NCBI GenBank assembly: GCA_024704765.1
Contig: JAKMXF010000199.1
Span: 662,448-726,447 of the forward strand
Source: Oopsacas minuta
Taxonomy: Eukaryota > Animalia > Porifera
Length of the DNA stretch: 64,000 nt
Direction of reading: 5' to 3'
Under the pieces are notes generated by a model that made no database searches, was not told the origin of the DNA, and saw only the letters and a program-made list of their open reading frames with translations. The number at the start of each line of letters is the position of its first letter. Position 1 is the stretch's first letter. The position numbers were made by a program, and so were the translations under genes. Shown in pieces: positions 51,258 through 63,330 of the stretch.

Positions 51258-51417
51258 AATCGTGAAAACTAAAAAGAAGAATGTACAGTAAACTCTCCTT
51301 ATAATGAAGTGCTCGGGACCCGGGTTCATATCGTTTACGGGGGAAATTCGTTGTAAGCAAAGTAAATCAATTATTTTTAAAGGCATTGTCCACGAGTTTA
51401 GGCATGTAAATATAGTA

Positions 51418-53243
51418 CAGTAGGTTTCGGATATAAGAAATTTTTATGTTGAGTCATATGACAATAAGCAATATTTGAATTTCGGATATAAGAAAGTCAT
51501 TCAAAATTGTAGCTCCATTCTATACGAGTCTAATAGTAGATGTATTCTACACATTTCATTTATCATCATTGATTATGAAGTCCCGAATATCTGCCTGAAT
51601 TTTATTTTCTTGTTGTATTTTCAACAACACCTTAATACATTTCTGGGCTTCAAACTCACATCCAGCGTTGTGTTTTTGTAGATATGTCATAGCCAACTTC
51701 ATGCCTTCTAATGCTGAATTTGCATCAACGGGTATTTCTTCCGTGTCACTCTCAATTTCTTATGTATCGTCTTCATTATGATAATTATCGATGATATCCT
51801 CAATATCAATTTTCCCTGCCATCGGAATGCCATCGTCAACTCTGAGGTATTCATCAAACTCTTCAGCGGTCATACCAGGTGGGCGTCTATCATCCTCGCT
51901 TGAGCTATCATCGTTATACTCATCTATTGAGCTATCACGACCCAGATTGAATGCCTTGCTAAAGCAGTTTAGAATTGTCTTGGGTGATATTAAGTCTCAA
52001 CTATGTTTCAGCATTATCAAGGCCCTGTAAAGGGTGATTGTTGGTTTTAATCCGCTGTCATGCATCGTAATTTTATGTTCAGCAGCTCTGTACCTGAACA
52101 TTTTCTTCAAGGCTGCAATTATGCCAGCATCCATTGGTTGGCAGATAGAAGTTGTATTCTCCACAACATCAGGAGACGAACATTACTCATTGGTGGTGGT
52201 GTGCGGTGTGCAGTAAAATTATCCGCAAGTATCAGTATTTTTCTCCTTCTTCGCTTCATCTTGTCATTAACCTGTATCAACCAGTCATTGAATATTTGTG
52301 TATTTATTCATGCTTTCTTTTGCTGGGTATATTCTACTGGTAGCGGCAATTTTGTTCTTTTCATTCTATGAACCCTCCTACCGTCAAGCCTTGGCTCTCT
52401 TGTAAAGAAACAGTTTGGGTTCTTGCTTTTACCGATAACCAGAGGTGAAAGTTTATCAAATCCATCCATATTGGCATCCACTAACACTGATATCCTGGAC
52501 TTACTTTGCTTTGTTCCTTTTCTACCATCAGATTTCCGTACCATCGTCCGATTGGGCCCGCAGGTGTAAAACAACCCAAATTCATCAGTATTGTATATGT
52601 ATTTAGGTCCGTACTCCTCCATTATTCCCGGTAGTTTTTCTTTTTTCCATCTATCAGCCGGTGCTCCACAGCGTCAGCACCCTCTCCCTGCAGGATTTTA
52701 ACTACAATGCTGTGTCTGCTTTGCTAACGGCTCAGCTAACCATTCGACACTTTTGGTTCACCAACCCTTTCAGCTATTTCATCAGCTTTAACTTTGAGCA
52801 TTAGCCTGGTGACTTCTACATTCCGTTCCCTCCAATTGTCCAAAATAGTGAGAAGGCCATCTTCTAGAGTTTCCCCGTGCTCACCTTCCCTTTTCCTTTT
52901 CTACTTCTCTTAACATCAGACATTTCTTCAAGCTGGTACCTGATTTTCTTCCATTTTGGGATCAAGCACTCAGATACTCCAAGGTTATTGTATATGGATC
53001 TTTGGTTTGCACCTGGTAATTCGCATTGAGCTAATATATCCCGCTATTCTTAAGCAGTTCTTGCCACTCTCATTGATTTCTTACCATGAATCAAAATTCA
53101 GAGATACATCCAAAATAGCTAGTATAATATTGGGTTATTAAGTAAAAGGAAACGTCAAAATTGAATTTCGCATATATGAAAGTTTCGGATATAAGAACCA
53201 CGTTAAGTGAAATCGTAAACTTTCTTATATCCGAAGCCTACTG
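51418..53243 (-). mobile_element. pogo/Tigger (CENP-B-like DDE_1) transposon, decayed
   Basis: 23-bp TIR cagtagg[t/c]ttcggatataagaaa with TA flanks. Internal copies of ttcggatataagaa at 51481 and 53184. Motif IYNTDEFGLFY..KQSKSRISVLVDANMDG..PLVIGKSKNP. Confidence 0.92.
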
Positions 53244-53245
53244 TA

Positions 53246-55040
53246 GTTGGTTTTTGCTGCTCGATCTTGGCGTTCATTTCTACGATGTATTGATGGAATA
53301 TGAGGGATAACAATAGGTCACCCATTTTTCCTTGAGATAAGAGTAAACATAATGACCGAATCATAAGCGCGGTGAGTTACTGTGATACGCTTGATACTAC
53401 CACCATATCCATGATGTCTCTATTCCCTACAGCTGATACAGCTGTGAGTATTCTAAACCTGGAAAAAGGATTGCAATTTCTGGAGCAGTAGGAATGTTGT
53501 ATCGGTGGGGATCTGGGCGACCATCAACTGGGATTACCATCCTGATATCAATGCCTCCCTTTTCTTGCAACAAATCTTTAGCATGTTTGAATTGTGAAAC
53601 GTAGGGGTTACCTTCATGTAGCATCTGCTGTAGGGCCATTAGTTCAAAATCTTTGCATTTCATAGATTTCTTTGTTCGATTTCCAACTTCATCCTTTGGA
53701 GTGCCTCGTGGATGTAGTTGTAGATTTGCGCAAAGATGAGATTGTCCTCAGAGTTTGGAAACAAACTCCAAATGTAATGGTGGATAACGCCTTGAATGCG
53801 GAAAATGCAGACTTCATGTCTAGCTTTGGCCAGCTATTTGTCGATATTCGGTACGAGGAACATAACGCATTCCTTGAGTTATTAGCGCGTGTTATTCCTG
53901 AATTCTTTGCCCCTGGTGTCAATAGATGTAGGTAGATGTTCCAATAGCTCAGGGAGCTTATCCAAGGGGGGAAGAATGACCCTGCCCACTTCACAACAGA
54001 AGGAAAATTTTGTAATAAGTTTCGCGCTCGTAGACAACTTTTTGCCCTCGCAAAATTTATCATGCAGAATGAACAACTGTAGGTCATACTACCTTTTGAA
54101 GTTCATTCACCAAGCAATCAGTAACTTCAGAGGAAATATAGAATTTAGCAATTTTAGGATACTTCGTAGATTGAAATCTTTTATTTCTATCGTAAGTCGA
54201 AGTTCTTGATTGCAAACGAATCGTTCGCTCATCTTCATCCTATTTTGCTCTGATCTCAGCCTGGTGTCGTCGCTTGTACTCTAATCGCACAGCAGTTTGA
54301 GTGTCAGTCTCATGTTCTCTTAGAAGAGCTTGATGTCGTCAATGTTAATCTATTTGCACAGCTGTTTCTGTCTCAATTTCAGTATCTCTTAGGGAAGCCT
54401 GGTGTTGTCGCTGGTTTCGTATATTCTTAACTCTCCATGATCAGACTCAGATTGTCTTGGTGATCCCTGTCTCTCTCGTTGCTTCTCCAGAAGAATAGCT
54501 CTTACTTCTGGAGTTTCATTCTCACGTCTCAGTCGCTCTCGCTCTGCTTCAGACATGAGTGTCTTCTTTAGAATAGTATCTTCCGACATATTTCAATTAA
54601 TCGCAATATTACAATGCAAATACTATAGGTTTACTCGTTATCCACAATAAGCAACAAATACATTTACATACGTAAAACAAATTCAAAAATATCAAATTCG
54701 TAATCAGCACACACCATTATCGTAAATTGCCCTTAAGAGCAAGTCTTTACGACAATTATGACATTTTGATATATTGTGTTTACTATATATTCACATAAAT
54801 AATAAATTTATTTGCAATGACAAACTCATAAGTGGAAATTTACGATTGAGCAGTTCGATATTTTAGTAAAATCTATTAAATTTGTTAACTTTCCCCGATA
54901 AAAACCATATATAAGAGATAACAGCATTCTAGAGGATGCGTAGATACGATTTAACATTCCAACTCAGCATAAAATATCAATGGGCAAACAAACAAACAAA
55001 CACACAAAAACGCAAAACCATCGAGTATAAAAATTACAGA
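53246..55040 (-). mobile_element. Helitron (RepHel N-terminal part), 3'-truncated at the Tigger end
   Basis: 5' A|TC start at 55040 followed by a (GTTT)n tract. Fragments RENETPEVR, CCEVGRVILPPL, NTRANNS-type and DPHRYNIPTAPEIAIL..HRAYD are Helitron motifs. Confidence 0.8.
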
Positions 55041-55370
55041 TGTATGTAAATATGTATATGTTTGATGTCCAGAATATATTGAAGAAACTAGAGGACCCCA
55101 AGGCTGATTTTTAGCGTAGAGGGACATTTGGGCTGGCTGGACAGGTACGAGTCTTTGACAATGACAAAATTATCCCATAATTGTCAGCTTTTGGGATTTT
55201 TGAATAATCACACTATTCACCACTACACGGCCAATATAGATGATAGAATTTTGAAATATAAACATCAGGGACCCCTCATTGTAGCAAGTGTGTTACGTCA
55301 TGATTATGATCAAAAGATTATTACGCCATCATAACTCTACCAAAAATACAAATTTCAGAATTGTTTAATA

Positions 55371-56697
55371 CGAGGGTGGTCCAAAAAGTTTTTAGAATCT
55401 ATAGGAAAGAATAGTAGGAAATGGATTATTTTTTTATAGTTTCTCGAAGTATATATCAGATGACTGTATGCATAAATCCATCCTTCTAAACCAACTTTCA
55501 AACAATTTTCCCAGTCATCTTTGGTTAGGTCTTGGAGGGCCTCATTATAAGCCAGTCTTGCCTCTTCTGCACTATTGAAAAGGACCCCTTTGATCTTCTT
55601 TTTTAGTTTAAGGGGAAAGTTAGAAGTCGCATGGCGCCAAATCTGGGGAATAGGCTGGATGGGGTATCAATTTTATACCATTTTCTGCAAAGAAACCATT
55701 GTTAAAGCTGCCTTGTGTGCACTTACATTGTCATGGTACCATTGAAGTGAGATGAGGTAGGCTTTAGGATGTAAAATGCTCCACTTTTCTATCACCTGAG
55801 GCATGCAAATGTTGACATACCAACTCGCAGTTACAGTCTTTTGCTCTGAAGGGGAATAGTAGCAACATGTCCCTTTTTAGAGATGAAACTGGCGACCATT
55901 TGCTTGTTGCCACTTCGTGCACGTCTCAATTTTTGAGGGGGATCATCATCTGGAATAAGCCAAATTGAAGATGGCTGCTTCGTCTCTGGGTCACATTGGT
56001 ATATCCAAGTCTCATCTCGCGTAATTAATGTATTCAATCGCTTTGAACGACCATGATCGAATTTTCTGATCATAAAATTGCACCAATCCACTCGAGTTGT
56101 CATTTGTTCTTCAGAAATTTATGTAGAATCCAATGTGCAGCCACTTTCCTCACCAAGAGATGTTCATGAAGTATGGCATGGAGGCTTCCTCTGCTGATGT
56201 CGAAATGACTCATTATTTCGTCTATTATGATTCGAAGCTCATTTTTTATTATTTTCTTAACTTTCTGGATATTTTCTGGGTTAACCGCATCTGCAGGACG
56301 TCCTGATCGCATCTCATCACTTAGAGCCTTTCGTCCACAGTTAAATTCACCGTACCAGTTGTACACTGTAGCCAAAGATGGTGATTTTTCTCCAAATGTG
56401 TCCTGAAGTCGAATATGTGATTCTTTAGGACTGAGTTTTCTCATAAAGTCATAAAAAATCATTGCGCGAAAGTCCCTCCTTTCCAAACGTAAATCCATGA
56501 GAAATAATTAGGTGCCAATTTAAAATTAGAGCCAAGTGCTGACTATATATGTGGCTGTCAAAAGAGTAATAAAAGATAGAAAGATTAGATATTCTAACTA
56601 GAGTAGTTATAAATAGTGTACTATAGATATAAGATGTATTGGTGTGCAAGAAATGAAGTTACAGCATTCATTCTAAAAACCTTTTGGACGACCTTCG
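55371..56697 (-). mobile_element. Full-length mariner (DD34D) transposon, decayed
   Basis: 28-bp TIR cgagggtggtccaaaaagtttttagaat (3 mismatches), with TA on the left and TG on the right. Motifs MRSGRP, ITRDETWIYQCDPETKQ and HPAYSPDLAPCDF. Confidence 0.9.
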
Positions 56698-56889
56698 TGT
56701 CTAATGTTTGAAGTGCCGAGTTTATTAACCAAAAGGGATAGCATCTCCAGTGTCACGACAAAAGCTATTCATTGTAACTAAGTTGGGTCATAAATTATAA
56801 AATCTTAAAATTTTAACTATTTTGTGAATTCGAGACACAGTGCTGAGCATATTCTCTCGAACAGATACCAATATTACTGTAAAATTTAG

Positions 56890-57410
56890 CAGTTAAATAT
56901 GAGTTTCTTGGCAATATTCAGTCGTGCCAACCTTTGATTCTCACTGAGCTTATTCGGGTACCATTTCGCACAAATTGATCAGTAGGCAACTCATTCATCA
57001 GAATTGTATGAATTGCTCCAGGTGAAATCTCCATCCTTTGTTCTAACTCATTGACAGTAATGCACTTGTCTTCCATGACCGTACTTTTCAATTAATATGA
57101 TATTCTCTGAAGTGGTGGCGGATACCGGTCTTCCAGATCGAGGCAAATCTGTGATTCCAGTATCACCAGATCTATCACGGGTAGCCCATCACTCTACAGT
57201 AGATCTGGAAGGGCAATCCACGCACAATATCTCCTGTTACTCGCTGAAGATCTGTACTGGATGGATCTTGAGTATGGTGCGAAACTCTATGGAAGCGCGT
57301 CATTTGAGGTTGAAATTATCGGTAAACGGCAATTTGGTCCCCAGGATATCCCATAAGTTAGATACACTAAATTCCTGTATCCTTAGTGAAACCAAACTAG
57401 TCTTGCAGAT
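56890..57410 (-). pseudogene. Mariner transposase N-terminal fragment
   Basis: Minus strand LPRSGRPVSATTSEN..ITVNELEQRMEISPGAIHTIL..CAKWYPNKLSENQR. Confidence 0.75.
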
Positions 57411-57592
57411 ACAATAGATGTATATAATTTACACAAGTCATATCGTAGGTGTGAAAGATATACATCCTGACCACTGTCTGGGAAAAATAAACAATCAGTG
57501 AATACTCCACGTAGTATATAAGGATACATATATTAAGAATAAGATCAATCATAGTCCACGAAATATTCACTTGTCACAAACTTAACATTGTA

Positions 57593-59175
57593 ATGGTCGC
57601 TGCTCTTCACAAAATTGAATTGATTAAAACTATAAGGGGGAAAGATAAAGCTACGTTCCAAGGGTTCGTGTATACATTGACAAAGTCGTCATTGGGCGTA
57701 CAACAGTGGGTATGTGAAAATCGGGGGACGTGTAAAGCTTGTATGTACACTAAAGGAGATGAAAATATCAAACCGACACAGATAAACGACATTTATTCTA
57801 GTCATATGCATGGATCTAACCCTGTACGAATCGAAATGCTTCGAGGTTATAATATAGTAAAAGAACGTTCAATAAATTCTGAAGAAAGTGCAAGGGTCTT
57901 TCTCTCACATGGTATCGAGCGAATGGGATCTTCAAGCATTGCACAACTCCCTAAATTGGAATCTGTGAAGAGATTCATCCGTATACACAAAAGCAAATCT
58001 GAAGAAAACTGTGGGAATCCTACCTGTGCTGCTGAAATAATAATTGCAGAAAAATACAAAGTGGCGGTAAAGGGGAGCCATTTTTACTTTCCGACTCTGG
58101 CTTTGGCGACGTCAATCAAATGATTACATTTGCTGGCCCAAAATTTTTCGCTCTTCTTTCAGAATCTGAAACTTGGTATGCTGATGGAACTTTCAAGGCA
58201 GTACCAGAATATTTTTTTCAGTTGTATACCATTCATGCAGAGAGAGATGGATTCTTCTACCCTCGCGTATATGCATTACTACCTGATAAATCTGGTTCTA
58301 CTTACAACAGACTTCTTTCTAAACTCCTCAAAATACAAACACAATTAGCCCCTTCCACGATAATGACCGATTTCGAAAAAGCAGCAATTAATGTATTTGA
58401 GGACAAATTTCTTGCTGTAATTTGGGGGTGCTTCTTTCATCTCTCCCAAAATGTACATAGAAAAATACAATCAGGGGGGTTAACAACAATCTATCAAGAA
58501 GATAGAGAATTCCTCCTGAAATTAAAGAGTTTCCCAGCCTTGTTTTTGTGAAAACAGAACAAGATGTGATGGACTGTTTCGATATTCAGATGGCAGATTT
58601 CCAGACTCTGCTCGAGAAGTTGCTACCTATTTTGAAGATAACTATGTTGGTAAAAGGCTTCCTAACAACAGTAGGAGGATCCCGCCCATTCCTATCAGAA
58701 TCTGGAACATGTACGAAATGGTACGTCAACAACTACCACGAACTAATAACGTAGTTGAGGTGTGGCACAATGCATTTAATTCTAGTGTTGCTTGTTCCCA
58801 CCCTAGTGTGTCAAAGCTGTTCAAATCTTTTCAACGAGAACAGTCACTACAAGAGGCCAAACTGATAAAGTGGCAGTCTGGTGATACAATAGTGCGCAGC
58901 AAAAAGTCCATTGAACAAGATGAGCGTATACAGTTACTTGTTGGAGATTATGAGAACAGGGATATAACAACATATCTTAGGGGATAGCATCAATTTTGAG
59001 TTTTTAACTATTGTATTATTCCTCACATACCTATTTCAATATTTAATTAAACCATATTTATCCTTTAGATGTATGAACATAACCTGAATAACAAGGGACA
59101 CAGAATCACCTGGGGACGAAATTCCCGGGAACGAAATTCCTGGGACGAAATTTCCGGAATTTGAAATTATCATCC
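57593..59175 (+). mobile_element. MULE transposon (FLYWCH + MULE DDE), frameshifted
   Basis: QGFVYT..WVCENRGTCKA..HMH, WYADGTFK..QLYTIH, IMTDFEKAAINVF..GCFFHLSQN and LPRTNNVVEVWHNAF. Confidence 0.9.
59112..59170. repeat. 15-bp-period subterminal array (gggacgaaattccc), 3-4 units
   Basis: ggggacgaaattccc gggaacgaaattcct gggacgaaatttccg. Confidence 0.8.
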
Positions 59176-60085
59176 TGTGAAGCCATAAATTAAACAGTAG
59201 GCATGAATTGACTACACGTAGTTATCTCAAAAATTCATAATTTGTACTGAATATACTTGAAACTTTCAGTATATGGAGTTCAACTATATGGGCTTATAAT
59301 ATATGAAAGTTGACATAAACTTGACTAATTCCAGAGGTATAACATGACCCGCAAGACTTTTTGAACTACCTGATAAAGCCTAAAGTTTCACGTATTCATA
59401 AATTTGATCCACTTATGGAGGGGTGAATATGAGTAGCGTATTAACATTTGTAGTCAGACCAAATTCTCAGACCCAAAATGTCTAATATATTTGTTCCGAT
59501 CAATCATAGATCAAGTAGGAACAAATATTCCGATGTGTTTAGTCCAGCGATGCCCATATATGATAGACTATGCAAAACATGTAATAACAACCGAATAGGA
59601 GAATACCTTCCAAACTATTATAAAATGCATGTATATAATCTGAAACAGGGTAGAAATAGAAACAGAAAGTAGTATACGTCATCTGAAGGAAGGGGGTTGA
59701 CTAGCTGTGAGGAACAGAAACAGAGAGTAATTAATGTACGTTATATGTAGGGATTGAATAGTATAAGCCAATAGAGAAGACTGATTCAGCAGATTATTTT
59801 TGATATATGCCAATTGATAACACACACTAAGGCTGTATATTATTACCAAACAGTAATAAACTGCACAATCATTGAGTATTAGACACGAAAGGAGAGAACC
59901 TAATACACAAACATAAACATGTATACACAAATGTAAAGTATATAATTGAACCATATGTGTAAACATATATGTTGCAAGACTTAAAAATTTCGAATAACAA
60001 TTCTATGCAAGCGGTAAATATATAAATTGAAGATCTGCTCCTGACCAAGGATATTATCCTCATTTACTCATTGCAATCTTGAGTA

Positions 60086-60290
60086 GGGCAAGCTGCATTT
60101 GTCAGAATCTTTAAGTTATCATTTGTCAGTGTAATTGAATTTTGCAGAACTGGCATTTGTCTGGATGCACTTTTACAAAATTGACACTTGTCAGAATGAA
60201 CTTTTAGCAAAATTGGCATTTGTAAGAATGGACTTTTGTAAAATTGGCATTTGTCAGAATTGGCACGATTCAGAAATTAGACATTTCTTT
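60086..60290. repeat. 15/30-bp-period array (aattggcatttgtcag alternating with aatggacttttgtaa)
   Basis: catttgtca recurs at roughly 15- and 30-bp spacing, 3' of the minus-strand MULE. Confidence 0.75.
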
Positions 60291-60559
60291 GTGTCACTTT
60301 GAAGATCGAAATATATGATGATAAATTGATATTCGAGGCTTTAATGTTAGTATAATGTATGAATATAAATTCGAATGAATGAGTATCAATTAGTAAATAT
60401 TTCCAATATGGCATCTACATTGCTACGACATATAGCGCAATTCTGTCCTAAGTTAACAATCCTGTCTTTGAAATCGCCACAAAAGCTAGTATTTCTGTAG
60501 AGGATGAATACCCATGTATTACTTCTTTGAGAAAGGAATACTACGCAAATAGGTTCTGT

Positions 60560-61250
60560 GTTGATGTTTTGATCATCATCTTCATCTTAACCTTCAGAAA
60601 ATTCTGATTCACTTGATGGAGGGATAGTTTTGATGTTCCAACAGTGTGACTCATCGATTGAAGAAACTCCCATGGATGTATTTATCCATCAATAAGTTTT
60701 TGTTTGAAAACAATCCTTTGATCTTCATTCTTGATATCGGATTTACATCTCTGCCTGCTAATTTCTCTTCCTTCATACAGGCGACGAATGTAATTATCAG
60801 AGTCCTGAATTATCTCAGTGAGGTTTGTTATTAAAGTCCATATTCGAGGATGGTTGCATCTGATCCTAGTCATTAATTTGGAGTGATAACTCTCTGCCTC
60901 GTTGTTCATAGAGATAGTAACATCATGTATGGAGAGTTCTTCAGGGTATATTTGATGTAGCAGACGCTTCTTGAAATATTTTATACATTTCTCTATTCTC
61001 GGCACGTCTTCAGTTGGTACTGCAGGAATTTCAATCAAAGCAAATGTAGAGACGATCAGAGCAGCAGGGCAAAAAAGGAATAGCCATTAGTTGTAAAAAC
61101 TTGGCAATATGTGCGTTGTTCTTAAAACTCTGACTCAGTTCCAATTACTGAGTTTCGCCCAAATTCCTTGCGTGCAATGGAACCAGCACTCATATACTTT
61201 CATTTGAGGATCATATCGTCCCTAATTCCTCTACTATTATCTAAACCTCC
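60560..61250 (-). pseudogene. MULE transposase C-terminal fragment
   Basis: CWFHCTQGIW-like motif, then KYFKKRLL..TISMNNEAESYHSKL..NHPRIWTLI. Confidence 0.75.
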
Positions 61251-62352
61251 AGGAATAGTTATATAAGTATATAAGGCCTTTCTACTATTCGAAACCATAG
61301 ATTACTTGAAGTACAGTAAATTTGGTAATCAATAATTCTTTTGCACGATAATACAAAATTATTGCATTTTGGTCTAATAGATGAATTATAGTTAGTTAAT
61401 TAACACAATCTATGTTATCCGACGAGTACCAGGTCAAAATGATGTAATTTGATTGGCTATACCCGGAATATGCTGTGAAATTTCCGCCAAATTTCAAGCT
61501 CTGTCAAATGATCAATATTACGTCGTCTACTCTAAAATTAACATCAATTGGTCCAAGGATGTACATATAGAATATCAAAAAATTGCCTTAATCAAGTTCT
61601 CAGGTTCCAGAGTTATAGTAGTGGCCATTAATGACATATTATACTAATATTCACTGATAACTTCACACTCTTTAAAGTTATGGCTTATCATTTTCCAAAC
61701 ATATGGTATATACCCCACTTTCTATGCCCTGATAATACATTTTGATATGATATCTCTGACAATTATGATGCAACCTTGAAAATGGCCAAATATGGTATCA
61801 TTGATGATTGTGCAATGATCCTTGGCACCTCACGTCAAATGTATTATCAGGGTAGGTGAAGTCGGGTATATGCCATATGGTTGCAAGATGATTGGCCCTA
61901 ACCTTAAAGCTTGCCCAGTTATGGGTGAATATTAGCAGAAATGTGTCATACATGGTCATTACTATAACTCTGGAACTAACATTATTTGATATTTTGTATG
62001 CTAACACCCATGGATCAATTGGTGTTAATTTTAGAGTAGACGACTGAATATTGATCATTTGACTGACCTTGAAACATATCGGATTTGCCACAACATATTC
62101 CCGTTTTAGCCAATCAGATGACCTCTTTTCGACCTGGGACTCGTCCGATGGCATAGCTTGTGTTGATTATTAACTAATAATAATACATTTATTCAGGCCA
62201 AAATGCTTGGATTTAACCTCTCTTTCGGGAAACTTCTTTAATATTCTAAAAATGATTAACCAATATTTGGACAAATTCAGTACTAACTAACAATTCATTT
62301 TAACTCGAGTGCCTACTGACCAAATTCTACTGTACATGTTTAGACATGGCTA

Positions 62353-62472
62353 CTCCTCGCGACCTGGCTCCTTATAACCTGACTCTTCATGACCTGACTA
62401 CTCGTAACCTGACTCCCCTAGAACTGACCCCTCGAGATCTGACTGCTTGCTACCTCACTCCCCGTGGCCAGT
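62353..62472 (+). repeat. 15-bp tandem array, 8 units (ctcctcgcgacctga consensus)
   Basis: Eight consecutive 15-mers share ct....g..acctga. Confidence 0.85.
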
Positions 62473-63330
62473 CTTTATAATACGTTGTCTATGCCATTGG
62501 TTAAAAAAATTGATTTACAAAGCCCAATTGAACTCAAAATCGAGTCGTCTATGTTGGGATATCGAAAATCCTAGTACATACTAGCCTGTGAACTGGCTTA
62601 ATGTTTTGCATTGGGTTCTCTCTAGTTGTCCATCAGTGGGCAATTAGAGAAGACCTACTACACTAACTGAGCATACGTATTTCAACACAACTAAATGTAT
62701 AATTAGATATCCTGGCTATACTACGAATTTTTGAATATCCATACGATAATATACCTAAAAGAACTATATAACTATGTTTGTTGCAGTTTATGGACGTGCT
62801 TGGTGTGCACGTGTGCACACTGGTGTATGGCCATGCCATAATACAATATTCTCTTCTGGTTCTTTACTAAATATGAAATTAAACATAATAAATATGTTGC
62901 AGTGCATTAATTATCATTATTATATCATTATTATATCATTGTTGTCAACATTGTAATTTTTCATCATCCTTTGAAAAAGTATTTGAGTTGTAGCACCTAG
63001 AAATGAAAGGGAATATCAATAATTAATATAAAATAATATGACATAATTTGTGACAACATTACAATGTATGCTGGAGGAAATACTATTAAACACATAAATA
63101 CTCAAGCACAAGAAAAGATATATTTATCTTCTTGGATACTGCTTGTATTATACAATGATTTACATTCCAGAGTTCGTCATTATACTACCAATGATGCACT
63201 TTATGTACATTCTACATGGAAACATTGTGGGTCTCGAGCTCGAAGCACGGACTATATCCTTAATTCCATTGGTGACAAATGAAGATCTTCAATTCCTTAA
63301 AAGTACTCTAGATGTCCATCCGAGCTCTAA

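Noticed and set aside
51315-51386. NPGP in the N-terminal extension of the TMX3-like ORF (MPLKIIDLLCLQRISPVNDMNPGP) as a 2A peptide
   Set aside because: The upstream residues (PVNDM) do not fit GD[VI]Ex, and the segment probably lies in the 5' UTR of the likelier start at Met44. Worth a glance only if the 51386 ATG is shown to be used.
19068-56845. Other isolated CACAGTG/CACTGTG heptamers (~19068, ~45278, ~45482, ~56837)
   Set aside because: They show no extended similarity to the TIR, and a few chance 7-mer hits are expected in 64 kb.
61798-62154. 118-aa minus-strand ORF of unknown function
   Set aside because: No recognisable motif or splice support; cannot be called without a search.
59112-62472. 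CRISPR array interpretation of the periodic repeats
   Set aside because: There are no unique spacers and no cas genes, the units are degenerate and contiguous, and the context is eukaryotic.
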